Positions 36,692 to 46,203 of a stretch of 64,000 nucleotides of DNA are shown one piece after another. The translations under genes and the position numbers were made by a program. Each line of letters begins with the position of its first letter. Positions within the stretch are counted from its first letter, which is position 1. The notes under the pieces were generated by a model. That model was not told the DNA's origin. It ran no database searches and saw nothing but the letters and a program-made list of their open reading frames with translations. Location of the stretch: positions 1 to 64,000 of the IMG/VR virus record IMGVR_UViG_3300046542_000248; one strand, written 5' to 3'.

Positions 36692-37432
36692 ATGAAAGAA
36701 AATGAAAAATATATAGGTTATAAACCACCACAAATATTAGATGAGGGTGCTAGAGCAGTTGCACATGGTACACAAGGTGGTGTAATTTTTACAGGTAATC
36801 CTGAAGCAGATCCACTATTCAATAAAACTATCTATGATCCGTATCCATTTACAGTTCCTGTTGGTATAAAAAGAATCAATCCTGAAGCTGAAATTCCTGT
36901 CTATAATAAGCGGGGAGATTCAGGATATGATCTTGTCGCTATGGAAGATGTGATTATTCTTCCTGGTGAAACTGCTTTAATTCCAACTGGATTAGCATTT
37001 GAAACTCCACTAGGATTAGAAGTTCAAATTCGTCCTAGATCTGGATTAAGTGCTAAGACTAAATCTCGTGTAACTTTAGGTACTGGTGATTCTAATTATC
37101 GTGGTGAACTTAAAGTTAACATGGATAATATCACTCAGATACGATGGGAATTTAATCAAAAGGAGCAATCAGTTGTGATGCAAACTAGTGATGAACTAGT
37201 AACTTTGGAGAATTATCCTGTCAGCATTCATGATATTGATCCTTTAACTAAGGGTCTTATTTATGAAGATGGCGATCTTCAGGAAATTCCTGTAGGTTCA
37301 ATCATTGTATTTAAAGGACAACGTGTTGCTCAAGGTGTACTTGCTTCTGTGTGGAAAGGTATTTTCACTGAGAAAGAAGTTCTATCTGAAACAGAACGTG
37401 GTACTACAGGATTTGGTCATACTGGCGTTTAA
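36692..37432 (+). CDS. dut: Trimeric dUTPase with a long insertion between motifs III and IV
   Basis: Five motifs: GDSGYDL, QIRPRSGLS, GTGDSNYRGE, GQRVAQG, ERGTTGFGHTG. Confidence 0.93.
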   Translation: MKENEKYIGYKPPQILDEGARAVAHGTQGGVIFTGNPEADPLFNKTIYDPYPFTVPVGIKRINPEAEIPVYNKRGDSGYDLVAMEDVIILPGETALIPTGLAFETPLGLEVQIRPRSGLSAKTKSRVTLGTGDSNYRGELKVNMDNITQIRWEFNQKEQSVVMQTSDELVTLENYPVSIHDIDPLTKGLIYEDGDLQEIPVGSIIVFKGQRVAQGVLASVWKGIFTEKEVLSETERGTTGFGHTGV

Positions 37433-37444
37433 TATATAAATTAT

Positions 37445-37476
37445 ATCACGAACCTTTAAATAATAGGGTTCGTGAT
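37445..37476 (+). terminator. Intrinsic terminator
   Basis: ATCACGAACC...GGTTCGTGAT plus T-run. Confidence 0.7.
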
Positions 37477-37502
37477 TTTTTTATTTTAATTATAAAGGAT
37501 GT

Positions 37503-38732
37503 GTGACAATGTTAAGATCTGTTGGAGATTTGGATGAATACAAATATGTGTTAAACGATATCATAATCTCGAAAAAAGGTAGCAATGATCAGTTAATCAT
37601 TAAATCAGCATTTATTAAAAGTATTACTATTGTCAATAAGTATGATGAAAATATCATACCTATTATTCAAGTTATTGCTTCAGTTACTAAAGATGTATAT
37701 AAAGCACTTACAATTGATGAAGCGGATTTAAAAGCTCTTGTTATCATGTATAAGAATATTGTTAATACTGACGTTAAAGCTCGTGAGTTAGTATTCAATA
37801 AATCATTCTCTATTAGAAATGAATACGACTTTCAACCTGAAGAACTTCGTACAATGACTGGTGAGAAGGATAATGGTGATGAGATTGATGCTAATAGTCC
37901 TAATGCTTTAGTAGATGCATCATTCTATTTACTAGATAATATGAATATTACAATGTATAGAAAAGTTAAATCATTAAGTGTGGTCGATTCATTGACGAAT
38001 GCATTAGCAGCAGCGTTTGCATCAAGAGGATTCACTTCAATATTAATGAATGCTATTCCGTATGACAAAGTTTCTAATATCATTGTACCGACAGGTAATC
38101 TTTTAGCTACCTTGGATTATATCAATAAGAATAATGGATTATTTGTTACCCCTTATACATTCTATATGGGTTTAACTCATAACTATATGCTAGATAGAAT
38201 AAATCTTGGAAAAGCAGTTGAAGAGGATACACCTTCAAATGTTGCTATGTTCCTGGAAGAAGATGGGTCTAATGAGCAATCTGATGTGGGATGTTCCAAA
38301 GAAGGTAATGCTTATATTGCCAATATGACAGAGCCTCCTAAGATTGTGAAACTAGACAATTACTCAGAACTTATTGACGGTTCAAGTATTATGAGTATAG
38401 ATTCTTTACAAACTGTCACAACTTTTGACGGTGGTGATGATGCATTAGTAAAACCTGTATATGTATCAAGTCATAAAATATCTAGACAATTAAGACACAG
38501 ATCTAAAGAAATGAAATCTGCTTTAATGGTAAATTTAATAGATATTGATTATGAAATGATTGGACCAAATCTTCTATACAAAGTGACAGCTCATAAGAAA
38601 TTTGAAGAGCTTAATCCTGTGAATGGAGATTACCGTCTATCTACTTCTGTAATAAATATTACTAAAGCTACCGATACTGATTTTTCTCTTACTGCGAGTC
38701 TAACACTCAAGAAGATAGTCCAAGACGAATAA
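37503..38732 (+). CDS. Putative virion structural protein, possibly gp27-like baseplate hub
   Basis: 409 aa beta-rich; IKSITIVNKYD..IIPII, IIVP.GNLL.TL.YI...G pattern seen in myophage hub proteins. Confidence 0.45.
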   Translation: MTMLRSVGDLDEYKYVLNDIIISKKGSNDQLIIKSAFIKSITIVNKYDENIIPIIQVIASVTKDVYKALTIDEADLKALVIMYKNIVNTDVKARELVFNKSFSIRNEYDFQPEELRTMTGEKDNGDEIDANSPNALVDASFYLLDNMNITMYRKVKSLSVVDSLTNALAAAFASRGFTSILMNAIPYDKVSNIIVPTGNLLATLDYINKNNGLFVTPYTFYMGLTHNYMLDRINLGKAVEEDTPSNVAMFLEEDGSNEQSDVGCSKEGNAYIANMTEPPKIVKLDNYSELIDGSSIMSIDSLQTVTTFDGGDDALVKPVYVSSHKISRQLRHRSKEMKSALMVNLIDIDYEMIGPNLLYKVTAHKKFEELNPVNGDYRLSTSVINITKATDTDFSLTASLTLKKIVQDE

Positions 38733-38737
38733 AACAA

Positions 38738-38749
38738 AACAGCTTATTA
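38738..38749 (+). promoter_or_regulatory. Putative late promoter AACA-N6-TA
   Basis: AACAgcttatTA, 28 nt upstream of ATG 38778. Confidence 0.65.
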
Positions 38750-38777
38750 AGACCAACAATTGGAGGATGATAAACAA

Positions 38778-39737
38778 ATGGCAAAATTAACCCCACTTAA
38801 TCTTACATCTGTTTTTGCCTATGCTGAAGAAGCATCGGACTCTAACCTGACTAAGACAGTCATGGCATATAGTCTAGGTAAAAACGGAACTATCACGCTT
38901 GATTATGATGCAGTAGCGGATGCTATGATGGATGTGACTAATAGAACATCCCCATTCCCATCTAAATACGTTATCGACCGATTAGTAAAAAGTGGTCAAC
39001 TTGAACTGGTCTATAATGATCAGCAGCGTTTGACTACCGCAGTTCCTTTTTTTAGAAGAGTAGTTAATGAGAAACCTGTTATGGTTATCAATGTAACTAA
39101 CTTCGGTAAATTGGGTCAGGATAATATTCTTAGGATCTCTCCTAATATCTTGTACGCATCTTTACTTTCAGCAGCATTCTCTACAATTATTGATCAAACG
39201 ATCATTACATTTGCTAGAGATATTGCTCCTATCTATGCTCGTTTATTCTCTAACGTGGTGTCCAATCTTGGATTCATGGATAATATTAAGAAAGAGAAGT
39301 TTAACTTCTTGATTACTAACTTCTTCTATTATCAAATCTATGGACATGACCAAATGTTTACTAATCCAATGTACGATCAGCTTCGTTACAATAGTAAAGA
39401 AGTTATCAAAGCATTGGATTCTAAGATTCCTATGTATACAGATGATTCTGGTTACAAGAATCTTAAGATCTTTATTGATAATCTTGCTAGAGTATTCCCT
39501 GAGATGAAGAAATTGAATTATAAGAACTTCATTGACAGATGGGTCACGTCTTATGGCTCCTCTACTCTATTTGCAACTGAATACATTCCTTACTTTTTCT
39601 ATATGATTATTAGCGCTGCTGTGATGTCCCCTACTGTCAACCTTAACAAGATTTCTATTGAGGTTGGTGATCAATTGACCTCATTATACAGAAAGATCGA
39701 ACAAAAAGTAAGTGACAAGTATTCAACCGTTCGTTAA
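38778..39737 (+). CDS. Hypothetical protein (late-type expression)
   Basis: GGAGG SD, ATG 38778, high-expression-like codons. Confidence 0.75.
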   Translation: MAKLTPLNLTSVFAYAEEASDSNLTKTVMAYSLGKNGTITLDYDAVADAMMDVTNRTSPFPSKYVIDRLVKSGQLELVYNDQQRLTTAVPFFRRVVNEKPVMVINVTNFGKLGQDNILRISPNILYASLLSAAFSTIIDQTIITFARDIAPIYARLFSNVVSNLGFMDNIKKEKFNFLITNFFYYQIYGHDQMFTNPMYDQLRYNSKEVIKALDSKIPMYTDDSGYKNLKIFIDNLARVFPEMKKLNYKNFIDRWVTSYGSSTLFATEYIPYFFYMIISAAVMSPTVNLNKISIEVGDQLTSLYRKIEQKVSDKYSTVR

Positions 39738-39748
39738 CAAAAAAAAAG

Positions 39749-39776
39749 CTCTAGAAGGGACAGTTTCCTTCTAGAG
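39749..39776. terminator. Bidirectional terminator
   Basis: CTCTAGAAGG...CCTTCTAGAG between convergent genes; A-run on the left. Confidence 0.75.
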
Positions 39777-40481
39777 TCAGTTTTGTATTTTCATTTTAAA
39801 ATTATTGTATGATGCCATAGTATTAAACACCGAGAGATTAATCGACATATCTTTATTCATACTTAATATGCCGCCTATAGTATCAGCAGTTGTGTCATTA
39901 GCAATAGCCGATAGCGTGTATATCATTTTCTTTCTATTTACAACGAAGTTTTTAAATCCGGTGTATGGTTCTACAGTAAATTTATTCCCGATCATTTTCT
40001 CAATCCGAGCGACATCCTGATAGATATATTCTCGTTCAGGAAATTCCGTTGTTCCTGTTTTATTTTGCATGTACTTGTAGGTTAAACCCACAATCTTTTT
40101 ATCCTGCTCATATAGAGTTAAATAGTTAACTCCGTAAATATCATATATCTTATAGATACCTGATTTTACATAATGATCAATTTGACCAAAGTTATAATCA
40201 GAGATCTTTTCATAAGACATTGTTTTATTGATAAAACTCTTAGCCGCATGATAGGTTAACGGATTATCGTCTATCACAATATGTTCAAAGTTTGACGCTG
40301 GATAGACTCTAACGATTTCCTGATTTTGATCAACAATCGTTACAAAAGGAAAGTCATATTTATTTTCTTTTGTAAAATTTGTAAATATCACTATGCCGAT
40401 AGTGATTGCAAGCAATACTGAAATTAGAATGAACCTGGAATAGTATTTGAATGGTATCACATTCTTTTTCTCTTCACCCAT
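39777..40481 (-). CDS. Membrane-anchored hypothetical protein
   Basis: N-terminal transmembrane segment FILISVLLAITIGIVIF; AAGGAGG SD. Confidence 0.75.
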   Translation of the reverse strand: MGEEKKNVIPFKYYSRFILISVLLAITIGIVIFTNFTKENKYDFPFVTIVDQNQEIVRVYPASNFEHIVIDDNPLTYHAAKSFINKTMSYEKISDYNFGQIDHYVKSGIYKIYDIYGVNYLTLYEQDKKIVGLTYKYMQNKTGTTEFPEREYIYQDVARIEKMIGNKFTVEPYTGFKNFVVNRKKMIYTLSAIANDTTADTIGGILSMNKDMSINLSVFNTMASYNNFKMKIQN

Positions 40482-40519
40482 TAATTGCTTCCCTCCTTCT
40501 TTAATAGAAAAAAAATATA

Positions 40520-40531
40520 TACGGTGGTGTT
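40520..40531 (-). promoter_or_regulatory. Putative late promoter AACA-N6-TA
   Basis: Minus strand AACAccaccgTA. Confidence 0.55.
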
Positions 40532-40784
40532 TTGACCCGAAGACAAAATGTCTTCGAGTCTAATCCATTTTTAATTAGTAGTTTAAATTATTATATTAAA
40601 TTAAATGATTATTTATTATGTATAACCATGTAGTTATCTGTGTTAGGTCTTATATTGTGTATGGTTTTTAATTAAATAAATTTTTTATATGATATATAGT
40701 ATATGGTTTAAATTCTTAATAAATCGCAGATAGAATGGTCAATTCTATCTCACTTCCACGTGTCGTCGAAAACTAATAGTTAGT

Positions 40785-41783
40785 TTATAGTTTAAGTTTT
40801 CGTCCACGCTTCTTGTATCTTTTCTTCTCTTCCCATCTGCTCTTCTCGTATTTTGGGAGAGCATCTCTTTTTTTGTTTTCTTCTTCCTTTAATTTAGATA
40901 CGATTGCAGAATCCGTTAAGATATGATTATCTTTCAAGACTATACGAATTGTTCTTCTTCGAAGTTCATTTGCATATTCCACTTTATCAATCTTTGGCTC
41001 TTTACAATAAATAACTTCGCGATTGTCCAGATAGTCAAATTGCTCAAGCTCTTTTGTCTTATCTTCAATAAGTTTTTTAAGTTCAAGTCTAATCCTTTCT
41101 CTTTTAGATAGCAATGTGAATATTTCTTTATCATGTAATTCAATTTCACGCATTTTACTGATATCATACGATTCACAACTAGGGCATCTATGCATTTGAT
41201 ATTTCTTGTAAAAGTTCTTTACAGAAATCTGGCACTTGCAATAGTTACATTTATAGAACGGATGACTTCTAGTAGTTTTCTTATTATTGGATCGAAAGAA
41301 TTTAATAAATTCGTCTTCAGATTTAAAGAAGTTTGTTATTAACTTACCTTCAGGATTATCTGAGCAGGTATGGCAGAATACATTTACGCCATTCTCATGA
41401 TCAGTAATTTCACATCGTAGATGATGATGTATGTGCTCTTGCCAATTTTGGCGATCATCAACTTTAACTTCAGGTTCAAATAATTCAGGAAATAGATCTT
41501 TGGGCATTTGTGCAATGCCAATTTCACCACATTTGAATCTACGGATATAAGTTTCCTTTAAACGCAGATCAAGTTTTTCTTTAATTCTCCGATTCTTCTC
41601 CTTATTAGATTTAGATTCCTTGTAAGTAAATCCTGTTGCTTCAAGCCGCTTTAAGCGTTTCAGCATGCGTTTTGTGTCTCGATCAACCTTTTCGTCGAGA
41701 CTAAGTTCTTTCTTAGAGCTTGCTTTAGGCTCGTTCATCTTCCTCCATTCGGAGTAGGTCGATGGATACTCTGCAATTGACAT
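40785..41783 (-). CDS. Basic zinc-ribbon protein (possible regulator)
   Basis: CHTC, CNYC...CPSC; K/R-rich ends; GGGGAG SD 8 nt before ATG 41783. Confidence 0.7.
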   Translation of the reverse strand: MSIAEYPSTYSEWRKMNEPKASSKKELSLDEKVDRDTKRMLKRLKRLEATGFTYKESKSNKEKNRRIKEKLDLRLKETYIRRFKCGEIGIAQMPKDLFPELFEPEVKVDDRQNWQEHIHHHLRCEITDHENGVNVFCHTCSDNPEGKLITNFFKSEDEFIKFFRSNNKKTTRSHPFYKCNYCKCQISVKNFYKKYQMHRCPSCESYDISKMREIELHDKEIFTLLSKRERIRLELKKLIEDKTKELEQFDYLDNREVIYCKEPKIDKVEYANELRRRTIRIVLKDNHILTDSAIVSKLKEEENKKRDALPKYEKSRWEEKKRYKKRGRKLKL

Positions 41784-41872
41784 GCGAAACACTCCCCGTT
41801 TAGTTATTTATATATTGGAGACAAATAGTGTGAATCAATTTAGTACAATAGTAATCCAATATATACTATAAT

Positions 41873-41886
41873 AATAATATATAACT
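41873..41886 (-). promoter_or_regulatory. Putative early promoter
   Basis: Minus strand AGTTATATATTATT. Confidence 0.6.
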
Positions 41887-41924
41887 GCCTTTTATTTCAA
41901 ATATGACTGGATCGCAAATAAATT

Positions 41925-41952
41925 AAGATACTGAACCTTGATTCAGTATCTT
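41925..41952. terminator. Hairpin/terminator between divergent units
   Basis: AAGATACTGAA...TTCAGTATCTT plus T-run. Confidence 0.55.
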
Positions 41953-41977
41953 TTTTGAGGTCTAAAATGACGTCTGG

Positions 41978-41989
41978 AACACACAGATA
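41978..41989 (+). promoter_or_regulatory. Putative late promoter AACA-N6-TA
   Basis: AACAcacagaTA upstream of the tail gene block. Confidence 0.65.
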
Positions 41990-42029
41990 ATTAAATTTAT
42001 GCATCCAAAATAGGAGGTTAAATAAACCA

Positions 42030-45000
42030 ATGAGAGCTAATGAAGATATTTATAAACGAATATACACTAAAACTCTAGTACGGAAAAATGAACTAAGTAA
42101 AATCAATAATCTCAGAACAAACGTGTTTCCCTCTAGTGTAATTGAGACAGATTCATATCTCGATTTCGGTAAATCTAAAAAGAATCTTCTACCTAGTAAT
42201 AGTGCTGTAGTATATCTCTATGAGGATGTACTAAATGATAAGGCATTACTAGATAGAAAGTCCATTGTACCACACACTGTGTATAAACTTACTGATTTTG
42301 GAGTAAGAACTAAAGTAGGTATGATAATATCTGATGAAACTGGATTAATTGATCCAGATCTTGTTAGCGTATACGTTACTGATATGAATACACTGGTATT
42401 TATGATCAATAAAGACACATCTGTTTATATTTCAATTATCTATTTAAAGGGTGTATTGATGTATGCCAGATATAATAACAACGTGGATGTTCCTATTCCA
42501 GCGAGTTATAAAAACTCATTTGTCGTATGGACTAAACTTGACAATTCTCCTAGTGGAGCAGTTGAATGGATTGATCCGGTTCTTAATAATGGTCAATATT
42601 ATATTCCCATCAGAGCACAAGGTAAGTTCTCATTACTAATGCTTTCTGATACTTTCAAATTCTATAACATCATTCCCCAAACTAATAGCCAATATAGTTA
42701 TATTAAATTCCCTGATGAAATTGGTTATACTGATTTAAATAACGTGTTTATGTGGAGAAATAGAAGCATTGGATTTAGCCAGCCGATTGGTCATACTCCA
42801 CTATATGATGGATTTAAAGTAGAAGGTGTTACAAGAACATCTCTTACTCTTAATGGTACTACCGGTTATGTTTCCTTTGGATCATATCCTTCTCGCAGTG
42901 AGCTAACAATTCATATCAAATTTAAGATCAATGCATTTGGTGATCTCGCTCGTGTTATTCAACGGGGTAATTCTGATGGATTTGGATGGTGTCTTCGTAC
43001 CACTACAGATAATCGAATAGCATTCCAATTTAAGAAATATGATATTCTTAAGAATATCACTTCTAATCCTTTAACTGCTAATACATGGTATAGCATGACT
43101 ATAACTGCTGCTACTGGCGAAGTACCTACAATGTACGTCAATAGTATTCAGCAACCTAGTAATTTTATTGATAATAGTGCAAGTGATAGTGGTACTGATT
43201 TCCTTGTCTTAGGTAGACGTGCAAATGCTAGTCAAGACTACACATCTATAGATATTGATTTTGTCCGTATTTATAATAGGAAATTGAAATTCTCTGAGGT
43301 ATTGGATGGATATAATTCTATTTATCCTTCTACTGGAATGGTAAATGAATGGCTATTTGATGAGAATACTGGAGCCACTCTTAATGATACTAAAGGATCA
43401 AACCCTGGAACTATTTCTGGCGGAACTACATGGGTTAATGGTCCAGATAATACAGTTGGAAGACTTGTAGGTTTCTCCAAACGTATTGAATATACTTCAA
43501 AGTATGCTGATCTTCGTCATCAGTATAATAAATTTAATGACTACATGACTCAGTATTTAGCTAATACACTACCTGTATTCATTAAGAATTACACTCCTTA
43601 TGTGCCTAATATTACTTTAGATACTCTTACATCTGATTTTCAGGATAGAATGGTATTGGCTTCCAAAGACTATCCTAATATTGTGAAAGAATATCTCGAA
43701 GAAACTGAAAGTATTAAGTTTACTGACTATGTTACTACAGATATAAATCCTATTTATACCCGAGCTAATACAGCTACAAGTGTAGATGGTACTTATTCTG
43801 TAATTGCTACTGATACTCCTAGATATGTTAAAGATAGTAATCCTATGAAAAAAGGTATTATTATTGAAGATATTGTCAATAATAAAATGCCTGATCCGTT
43901 ATTCAATACACCAGTTGCATTAATAGCTGCTGGTATATCGAATCCAACTGTTTGGACTGTGAATTATACTGCCACTGTTCAAACTACAGTAGTTGTAGCA
44001 AATAATGTATTGCGACACACTGGATTTAATAATAACAGTAACTCAATCAGATTGACTTCTCCTTCATTCACTGTGGATAAGACTAAACCTCTTACTATCC
44101 AATTCAAAGTGAAATATATTAAAAACACAGGTACTAATCAGCTATATGGATTTGGAACTGTTACCAATGGTGTAGAAGTTTTATTAGATAGCTTCTTATT
44201 CACATCATATGTAGATGCTGACGGATTTACCTATAAAGAATATCGAATTCCTGCAAATACATTCACAGGATCTGGAACTTCAATTAATATTGGATTCTGG
44301 GGTGGATGGAATACTTACGAGGAAAAAGATTATTATCTTAAAGAAGTTCAAGTTACTGAACTTGGTTATGGTGGATTAACATTTACTGCCGTAAATAAAG
44401 CTGCCGATTTTCTTAGAGTACCATCTCCAAATGTTTTAAATCCAACGGTAGGGACTCTTGAAATTTGGTATACTCCAAAAGTAGTTACTGATCGTGCACT
44501 ACTTCAAACTAATGATTCAAACGTTGCTACAAAGTTTGCTGTTAGAATACAAGCTGATGGTTCTGTGATGTTCTCTAATGCAGGAAATGATACTGCCGCT
44601 AAACGCATAGTATCTGCTGCTGGTTTAATTACTGCTAGAAATGTACATTACATCGTAATGGCATGGGAAAATAAAACTCTATATGCGTATATTAATGGGG
44701 TATTAATTGGGTCATTAGTGACTGTTTCTGATGCTATTATTAAAGATCTCTTACACATTGGTGCTGATGTCAGTGCTAACTATGTAAATGGTATTATCCA
44801 TGATTTTAGAGCCTCCAATACTAGAAGATCTCTTGCTGAGATTCAAGCTGCTTATACTGCAAAAACAGCATTAGCTGTGGATGCAAATACTACAATGAAG
44901 TTAAACTTCGATGAAACTATTAAACCTCCTAATACCGTGATACACTCACTTAAACTTGTGACAAATCACGATTTAAGAAAACGTTTATTATTCATAAACG

Positions 45001-46136
45001 GTCTAAACATTTCTCCAGCATCAGCTACTTATAATGTCCCTACTAGAAAATGGACATCTTCATTTAGAGCTAATGATGTTAAAGGATCTAAAATTACTGA
45101 AGTTGACACTGGAATGACGAAAACTCCATACTATGATAGTAAAATTATCAGTCAACAAGCTACAGTATTTGGGCCATCTACTAAAATTACATCTGAACTA
45201 TTATTCGATGTATTTGAACTTGATACTCCAGCAGATTCACTTGGTACTATTACTATAATGGACCCAAGTAAATATACTTACACAATAGCTGAGAATATTA
45301 TTAAGTTTAATTTCAATTCTGATAGAATTGGCAAATCTATTTATGTCTGCGAGAAACGCTACAATCAATTTATCTTTGAAGGTTATAGCAATGATGGCTT
45401 ACTTCAAAAACTACCTACATGGATAAGCTTCCTTCCTAAAGAGAAGATGTTAATATTCTTAAATGGTAGACTTCTTGAAAAAGAAAGATACTATCTATTT
45501 GATCCTTTTAGATATCAAGTTCTTAAAGGTGATACAGTATTAGTCACAGATTTGGATACCAATACCATAGATGGTGAAATATTCAATGGGTATTTTACAT
45601 CTAGACTTGAATTGGCTGAATATAATGTGACACTAACTGATGGTGCTCAAATTGTCGCACTTAATGATAAGAGTTTCCCATTCTCTAAGAAATACAATCT
45701 TGTATTTGTAGATGGTAAACTTATTCATCCTGATGATATTAAAGAGATTGACAACTACAGATTCTCTGTTAAAACCACATCTACTAATAATATGTGTGTA
45801 TTTAGAAGACGTATGGATCTTGCTGGAAGAGAGAAATTCTCTGGAGTAAAAGATAAATGGACTGAATATCTTGAAACTTTAACAACTCCTCAAATAGCTA
45901 CACTACTTGGGACTCTTAACACCGTTGTTACTGGTGAAAATAATTCAAGATCAGTCTTTTTAGCTGAACGTCATTTATTTGAAGTATTGTATTATTATTG
46001 CTTAAAGGGAAGAGATCATTTGACTGATAATGATAATATTCGAATCCCTATTGAACTTCCTGGAACTATGTTATCTGATGGTCGTATTCCTATTTCAACT
46101 ATGAGAGCTGGGTTATATCCTCGTTATCAGTTATAG
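42030..46136 (+). CDS. Large virion (baseplate/tail) protein with inserted LamG/concanavalin-A-like domains
   Basis: Two LamG signatures (LTIHIKFK...WYSMTIT...MYVN...IDFVRIYNRKL; GTLEIWY...HYIVMAW...YINGV...IHDFRAS); repeated L.F.NG.L motifs. Confidence 0.75.
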   Translation: MRANEDIYKRIYTKTLVRKNELSKINNLRTNVFPSSVIETDSYLDFGKSKKNLLPSNSAVVYLYEDVLNDKALLDRKSIVPHTVYKLTDFGVRTKVGMIISDETGLIDPDLVSVYVTDMNTLVFMINKDTSVYISIIYLKGVLMYARYNNNVDVPIPASYKNSFVVWTKLDNSPSGAVEWIDPVLNNGQYYIPIRAQGKFSLLMLSDTFKFYNIIPQTNSQYSYIKFPDEIGYTDLNNVFMWRNRSIGFSQPIGHTPLYDGFKVEGVTRTSLTLNGTTGYVSFGSYPSRSELTIHIKFKINAFGDLARVIQRGNSDGFGWCLRTTTDNRIAFQFKKYDILKNITSNPLTANTWYSMTITAATGEVPTMYVNSIQQPSNFIDNSASDSGTDFLVLGRRANASQDYTSIDIDFVRIYNRKLKFSEVLDGYNSIYPSTGMVNEWLFDENTGATLNDTKGSNPGTISGGTTWVNGPDNTVGRLVGFSKRIEYTSKYADLRHQYNKFNDYMTQYLANTLPVFIKNYTPYVPNITLDTLTSDFQDRMVLASKDYPNIVKEYLEETESIKFTDYVTTDINPIYTRANTATSVDGTYSVIATDTPRYVKDSNPMKKGIIIEDIVNNKMPDPLFNTPVALIAAGISNPTVWTVNYTATVQTTVVVANNVLRHTGFNNNSNSIRLTSPSFTVDKTKPLTIQFKVKYIKNTGTNQLYGFGTVTNGVEVLLDSFLFTSYVDADGFTYKEYRIPANTFTGSGTSINIGFWGGWNTYEEKDYYLKEVQVTELGYGGLTFTAVNKAADFLRVPSPNVLNPTVGTLEIWYTPKVVTDRALLQTNDSNVATKFAVRIQADGSVMFSNAGNDTAAKRIVSAAGLITARNVHYIVMAWENKTLYAYINGVLIGSLVTVSDAIIKDLLHIGADVSANYVNGIIHDFRASNTRRSLAEIQAAYTAKTALAVDANTTMKLNFDETIKPPNTVIHSLKLVTNHDLRKRLLFINGLNISPASATYNVPTRKWTSSFRANDVKGSKITEVDTGMTKTPYYDSKIISQQATVFGPSTKITSELLFDVFELDTPADSLGTITIMDPSKYTYTIAENIIKFNFNSDRIGKSIYVCEKRYNQFIFEGYSNDGLLQKLPTWISFLPKEKMLIFLNGRLLEKERYYLFDPFRYQVLKGDTVLVTDLDTNTIDGEIFNGYFTSRLELAEYNVTLTDGAQIVALNDKSFPFSKKYNLVFVDGKLIHPDDIKEIDNYRFSVKTTSTNNMCVFRRRMDLAGREKFSGVKDKWTEYLETLTTPQIATLLGTLNTVVTGENNSRSVFLAERHLFEVLYYYCLKGRDHLTDNDNIRIPIELPGTMLSDGRIPISTMRAGLYPRYQL

Positions 46137-46138
46137 GG

Positions 46139-46150
46139 AACAAATTATTA
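46139..46150 (+). promoter_or_regulatory. Possible late promoter AACA-N6-TA
   Basis: AACAaattatTA; followed by a strong hairpin at 46157-46183, so function is uncertain. Confidence 0.4.
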
Positions 46151-46156
46151 GAATAT

Positions 46157-46183
46157 GGAGAAGATCTAGTTCGGATCTTCTCC
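46157..46183 (+). terminator. Hairpin (terminator or 5' leader stem)
   Basis: GGAGAAGATC-tagttcg-GATCTTCTCC, short T-run. Confidence 0.5.
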
Positions 46184-46203
46184 TTTAACTCCAATGAGGG
46201 ACG

